NCBI GenBank assembly: GCA_041639695.1
Contig: JBEQBQ010000004.1
Location: 1-64,000, forward strand
Direction of reading: 5' to 3'
DNA length: 64,000 bases
Source: Candidatus Nanohaloarchaea archaeon
GTDB taxonomy: Archaea > Nanohalarchaeota > Nanosalinia > Nanosalinales > Nanosalinaceae
Of this stretch, positions 59,611-64,000 are shown piece after piece; the first letter of the stretch is position 1; every line of letters begins with the position of its first letter. Position numbers and translations under genes: made by a program. A model generated the notes under the pieces. It was not told the origin of the DNA, searched no databases, and was given only the letters and a program-made list of their open reading frames with translations.

Positions 59611-59910
59611 ATGTCCGCATCACAAGTAGGGCAGATTGAAACGCTTGATAGAAATTTTGATTATGTTTCAGAGATTGAAACATTATTAGCTGGCCGTGAG
59701 GAACCTCTGAATCCTAAAGAGGTAAGAATTGAGCTTGAATATGGGGAGAATGGGCTCGAGAGGGCTCCGGAACTTGGTGCAGATGATATTCAAATCTACG
59801 TTGATAATGCGGTTAATGAGATAAAAGAAAAGAGTGAAAAAGGTTATTTAGATCTTGCTGTTACTTTAGATGCGGAGAGCGGACAGGAATTTTACAGAAT
59901 AATGGATTAG
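59611..59910 (+). CDS. Hypothetical protein
   Basis: 99-aa acidic ORF. Confidence 0.6.
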   Translation: MSASQVGQIETLDRNFDYVSEIETLLAGREEPLNPKEVRIELEYGENGLERAPELGADDIQIYVDNAVNEIKEKSEKGYLDLAVTLDAESGQEFYRIMD

Positions 59911-59964
59911 CCATCTAAAGTTTGGCTCTCCTTTTTTATTCGTCTCTTGATATAACAACGTTAT

Positions 59965-60285
59965 ATGGGTATTTCTAGGGACGGACGTAACCCTCATGTG
60001 CCCGAACCGTACAGAAAGGTGTGGCGGGACCTTAGAGGCCTCGAAGAAATACCCGAGGAGTCCTATTTTAGACAAGACCTCTATGAAGACGTACCGGAAG
60101 AACACAGAGAAGCTTTAATATCGGTACTAAACCTTGTAAAGGAAGAGGAGGCTTTGACATTCGGAGAGATCAATTCTCGCTTAGAACAGGATCCAAAGGC
60201 TTTGAAAGACGCGGCAGAAGTGGCCTCATTCACCGGAGCTGTATGTTACTTGGGCGATGACGGTTACAAGCTCTGCTCTACTTGA
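59965..60285 (+). CDS. Hypothetical protein, possible C-terminal winged helix
   Basis: 106-aa ORF. Confidence 0.6.
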   Translation: MGISRDGRNPHVPEPYRKVWRDLRGLEEIPEESYFRQDLYEDVPEEHREALISVLNLVKEEEALTFGEINSRLEQDPKALKDAAEVASFTGAVCYLGDDGYKLCST

Positions 60286-60937
60286 AGACTTCTCCGGTCT
60301 CCATCGACCAGAGAACAAGGTCTAGCGCCTGAATATCTATGCCAGTCTCTTTTGAGATTTCCTGCATTAATCTTTCGTCTTCTAGATACTCCTCGCGGTT
60401 TTTCGGAGGCTCAGTATTTTCTTTCTTGCCTAGGGAGTAAAGACTTTTCGATATATAGGTGGAGGCTATTGCAAAGCTGTCGCCGTATCCTATGTTTCTC
60501 AAGAAATGTGAAGCGCCTTTCCAGCTGATTCCTTTGATGTTATCCGCAAACCACTTCCGTGTTTTCTCTAAATCCTCTTCATTTATCTTGTTCTTTATCT
60601 TGAAGCTTTTCGTAGGATCCTGCAAGGTGGGCTGTGAAAGCTTCTTCCGATTTTCAACGATGTAAGATGCTTTATTTCTCTCATACTGGATTTCGTACTG
60701 TGCAAGAACCTCTTCAATCTCCTGTTTGTCTCCACGTTCCAATAGTTGAAGCTCGTCAAGCTTTTCGGCAGCTTCCCACGCCTTCTCCGCAGAGGTTTGA
60801 GAAGTAAGAAGAACAAAGATAAGTTCCTTGAAAAGTCTTCTATCCTCCGCATCCCTCAAAGACCTGAACTCCTCAAGCCTTGAATCTATCTCTTCTTTCT
60901 TCTCCTCGTACTGTTCAAGGATGTCTTCGTTTTTCAT
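60278..60937 (-). CDS. ogg: 8-oxoguanine DNA glycosylase (Ogg2-type) homolog
   Basis: LFKELIF.LLT, KGISWKGASHFLRNIG, DLVLW..ETGEVFK. Confidence 0.88.
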   Translation of the reverse strand: MKNEDILEQYEEKKEEIDSRLEEFRSLRDAEDRRLFKELIFVLLTSQTSAEKAWEAAEKLDELQLLERGDKQEIEEVLAQYEIQYERNKASYIVENRKKLSQPTLQDPTKSFKIKNKINEEDLEKTRKWFADNIKGISWKGASHFLRNIGYGDSFAIASTYISKSLYSLGKKENTEPPKNREEYLEDERLMQEISKETGIDIQALDLVLWSMETGEVFK

Positions 60938-61728
60938 TTGAGCTGCTGTTCGATTGCGGCCTTCAGGCTCGAATACCTGTTAGGAACTGATTTGCCGTTC
61001 ACGAAAACTGTCGGTGTTGAAGTAACGCTGTTGCTCTGGCCGTCACTGACGTCCTGGTTTACTTCGCTAAGTGCGTCTCCGCTCTGCAGACATGCGTTCA
61101 TCTCCGAACGGTTCACGCCTTCGTTGACTGCCCAGTCTGTGATCTTTGATTGGACGTTGCTCTGGCTTAAAGTTCCCTGGTTCCTGAATAAGGTCTCTTT
61201 TACGTTCCAGAACGCTGACTCGTTCTGCCTGTTAACACATTCCATGGCTTCTGCACCGCTTTTAGCCCATGGGTGGATCTGTGAAAGAGGATAATCTTTC
61301 CAGTAGAACTTGACCTTTCCGGTATCAATATACTCTTCTTTCAGTCTTGAGAAGCTCTGTGCCTCGAAGCTTCTGCATGCAGGACACTGGAAGTCCCCGA
61401 ACTCGACAACTGTAACGTTAGCATCAACACTTCCCATCATGGGCTCGCCTTCCAGCGTCAACCCGTTGGCCTGTTTACCTGCTGGACTGCTCATTAACTG
61501 GAGTCCTACAGCGATTACAAGTGCTAGTGCGGCTCCTCCTGCGGTAAAATATCCAAGCATTCTTTTTCTTTCCGCTTTTTTCTTCTTTTTCTCCTCTTCA
61601 AGCTTTCTCTCGGCTTTTTTCGCCTTATCTTTCTGGTGAGAGTTAAGATCTTCCTCGTGTTCACGCCAGTGGGCATGAAGCTTAGTTTCAGATTCAAAAT
61701 TTTTGCCGCAGAATTCGCACTCTGTCAT
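60934..61728 (-). CDS. DsbA family oxidoreductase with N-terminal C2H2 finger and TM anchor
   Basis: CEFC...HWREH; EFGDFQCPAC; STPT. Confidence 0.9.
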   Translation of the reverse strand: MTECEFCGKNFESETKLHAHWREHEEDLNSHQKDKAKKAERKLEEEKKKKKAERKRMLGYFTAGGAALALVIAVGLQLMSSPAGKQANGLTLEGEPMMGSVDANVTVVEFGDFQCPACRSFEAQSFSRLKEEYIDTGKVKFYWKDYPLSQIHPWAKSGAEAMECVNRQNESAFWNVKETLFRNQGTLSQSNVQSKITDWAVNEGVNRSEMNACLQSGDALSEVNQDVSDGQSNSVTSTPTVFVNGKSVPNRYSSLKAAIEQQLK

Positions 61729-62030
61729 ATGTTTACGTGGTGGGTTCGGGGCTTAAATAGCTTAGTTGACGTCTAGGTGAGTTAGGTAGAAAATCCTAAC
61801 ATCTTTGTTTTTCTGGTCCAAACTTCGTTTTCCGCATTCCAATCTCGCTTAAAAAGTGTGTTTTCTATGAGATAGGGCCTTCGATAAGTGTGGAACGGAT
61901 CAGCCAAGAAGGTGGTTTAACACAGAAATATCTTTTCTGCCTAGCGCAACCCCCCAAAACTGTTTTTCGGAGGCTGACGCCTAATAATTGTCATCGACTC
62001 GTGTCTTCGACGATTAAATTTTTGGGGCGC

Positions 62031-63440
62031 TTAGTTGTGGACGCTCCTATTTTCGGCATCTTCGCATGCTTCTTGGAAAACCTCGGGGAACGTTGGGTGA
62101 GCATGAATAGTGTTCGCCACGTCATCGGTATAAGCACCCATCTCTAAAGCTAGAGTGGCTTCGGCGATCATGTCTGAAGCACGGGGCCCTACAATCTGGG
62201 CTCCAAGAAGCCTTCCATCTTCCGAGGCAACCACGCGACAGAAACCGTCTTCTTGGTGAGTCGTCAGCGATCTACCTGAGTTGGAGAAATCAAACCGGCC
62301 TACCTTGATATCTCCGTGTTTTTCTCGGGCTTCTTCAGGATTAAGTCCTACGGAAGCCATTTCCGGATCGGTATAAACAACTTTAGGTATGTAATTGTTG
62401 TCGAAAGCAGCGGGCTTTCCGGCTGCAACTTCTCCTGCAACTTTACCCTCTCTGTAAGCCTTGTGTGCGAGTAAGGGCTGCCCCACAATATCTCCTACGG
62501 CGAAAATATTCTCGTCTGCTGTTTTCATCTGCTTATCCACTTTAACAAAACCGTTTTCACTGAGTTCTACATCTGTGTTCTGCAGTTTCAGAGAGTTAAT
62601 GCCTTTTTCAGGTGTTCTGCCCACCGCAACTAGAACGTAGTCTCCTGAAACCTCAAGGTCTTCTCCTTCCTGATCTGCGACAACTACAGGCTTCCCATCC
62701 TCGTACTTTAGTTCTTTAGCTTCTGCATTCGTGTAGATCTCGTCGTTGTAGCATCCGGATACTTCCTGTATTTCGTCCACAAGCTCTCTATCGAACACGG
62801 GAAGAACGTTTTCTCTTGCTTCAACCACTTTTACGGTTGCGCCGAACTTGCAGAACTTTGTGACTGCCTCCATTCCTATGTAGCCGCCGCCAATAACAAC
62901 TATCTCATCAGGTACTTCTTCAATTTCCAGAAGCTCTCTTGAGGATATAACTCTGTCTTTTTCGAACTCGAAGCCTGGTAGCTCTATAGGTGTCGAGCCT
63001 GTTGCGATAATTGCGTTTTCGAACTTTATTGTCTCGGCGTTGTGCTCCATCTCAATTCGGACAGTATTCGAGTCTTGGAAGAACGCCTCACCTTTCTTGA
63101 ACTCAACTCCATGTTTCTTGAAGAGCTGTTCTATACCTGAGTCAAGCTTTTCTACTACGCTGTTTTTCCATTCCTGTATTTCCTCGAAATCAACTTCCAG
63201 GTTATCTGTGTGTATTCCTATGCTTTCCCAGTGTTTAATGCTTGACTGGAAGCCTGCGGAATGGATCAAAGCTTTAGCGGGTATGCATCCATGGTTGAGA
63301 CAGATCCCGCCGACCTCTTCTTTATCTACTACTACAACGTCAAGCCCTTCCTGAGCGGCTCTAATAGCTGCGGTGTAGCCTCCGGGCCCTGCGCCGATCA
63401 CGACTAGATCGCATCCCTGTTCAATATCTCCTACAACCAT
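62031..63440 (-). CDS. lpdA: Dihydrolipoyl dehydrogenase (E3)
   Basis: GAGPGGY, GGICLNHGCIP, HAHPT. Confidence 0.97.
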   Translation of the reverse strand: MVVGDIEQGCDLVVIGAGPGGYTAAIRAAQEGLDVVVVDKEEVGGICLNHGCIPAKALIHSAGFQSSIKHWESIGIHTDNLEVDFEEIQEWKNSVVEKLDSGIEQLFKKHGVEFKKGEAFFQDSNTVRIEMEHNAETIKFENAIIATGSTPIELPGFEFEKDRVISSRELLEIEEVPDEIVVIGGGYIGMEAVTKFCKFGATVKVVEARENVLPVFDRELVDEIQEVSGCYNDEIYTNAEAKELKYEDGKPVVVADQEGEDLEVSGDYVLVAVGRTPEKGINSLKLQNTDVELSENGFVKVDKQMKTADENIFAVGDIVGQPLLAHKAYREGKVAGEVAAGKPAAFDNNYIPKVVYTDPEMASVGLNPEEAREKHGDIKVGRFDFSNSGRSLTTHQEDGFCRVVASEDGRLLGAQIVGPRASDMIAEATLALEMGAYTDDVANTIHAHPTFPEVFQEACEDAENRSVHN

Positions 63441-63443
63441 TTT

Positions 63444-64000
63444 TTACTCCTCCAGTAGCATTTTCTCGGGGTTTTCCAGCTTTTCAATAACAGTATTCGT
63501 AAATCTTGCCGCCGTCGCACCATCAACCACGCGGTGATCGTAACTTACGGAAAGCTTCACAGTATGTCTTGGAACCACTTCTCCATCCACCACTTCTGCT
63601 GTCTCCTGTATCTTACCTAAACCAAGTATTGCGGTTTGAGGATAGTTAATGATAGGGGTAAATTCTTCTCCTCCAATAACGCCTAGATTGGTTATGGAGA
63701 ATGTTCCGTTTTTCATGTCTTTAGGTGATAGATCGCCGTGTTTGGCTTCCGCTGCCATTTCTCCTACGGCTTCAGCCAGTTCAAGTATGCTTTTACCATC
63801 AACATCTTCTATTAAAGGTATCATCAAACCTCTTTCCGTGTCAACGGCCATGTTAAAGTCGTAACTTTTCCTTAAAACCAGTTCATCGTTTTCTTCGTCA
63901 AGCTCCGCATTTAATTCGGGATATTCTTCGAGGGCTTCCTGCGCCGCCTTCAAGATGAACGGCATATAGGTTAGATGGACGTCAACATCGTCCTGAACTC
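63444..64000 (-). CDS. Dihydrolipoamide acyltransferase (E2), C-terminal catalytic part (truncated by window)
   Basis: GTFSITNLG, TPIINYP, SYDHRVVDG. Confidence 0.95.
   Translation of the reverse strand, partial: VQDDVDVHLTYMPFILKAAQEALEEYPELNAELDEENDELVLRKSYDFNMAVDTERGLMIPLIEDVDGKSILELAEAVGEMAAEAKHGDLSPKDMKNGTFSITNLGVIGGEEFTPIINYPQTAILGLGKIQETAEVVDGEVVPRHTVKLSVSYDHRVVDGATAARFTNTVIEKLENPEKMLLEE

Overview
Chromosomal segment of a halophilic DPANN archaeon, most likely a nanohaloarchaeon. This is inferred from acidic proteins, moderate GC, compact genes, two single-fold histones, PolD, PolB and RadA. Housekeeping content: PolD large-subunit C-terminus, DnaG, RPA-RadA, intein-containing PolB, a split grpE/dnaK/dnaJ cluster, four peptidases, 2-oxoacid dehydrogenase E2/E3, transporters and an intron-containing tRNA-Thr(CGU). 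Four unexplained signals stand out. (1) A ~420-nt structured minus-strand RNA at 52.1-52.5 kb carries an ATG-less reading frame with a tmRNA-like resume context and an Ala-rich hydrophobic C-terminus; trans-translation is not established in Archaea. (2) A 4068-aa surface protein is fused through one membrane helix to a HerA/VirB4-like ATPase and followed by a long coiled-coil gene. (3) At least 8 copies of a 25-bp palindrome (TGTT-N11-AACA core) cluster at 38.4-40.8 kb. (4) A probable H/ACA guide RNA targets 23S helix 69. A SipW/TasA-like locus and a duplicated two-gene surface module are also present. All calls come from reading the sequence by eye; no searches were run.
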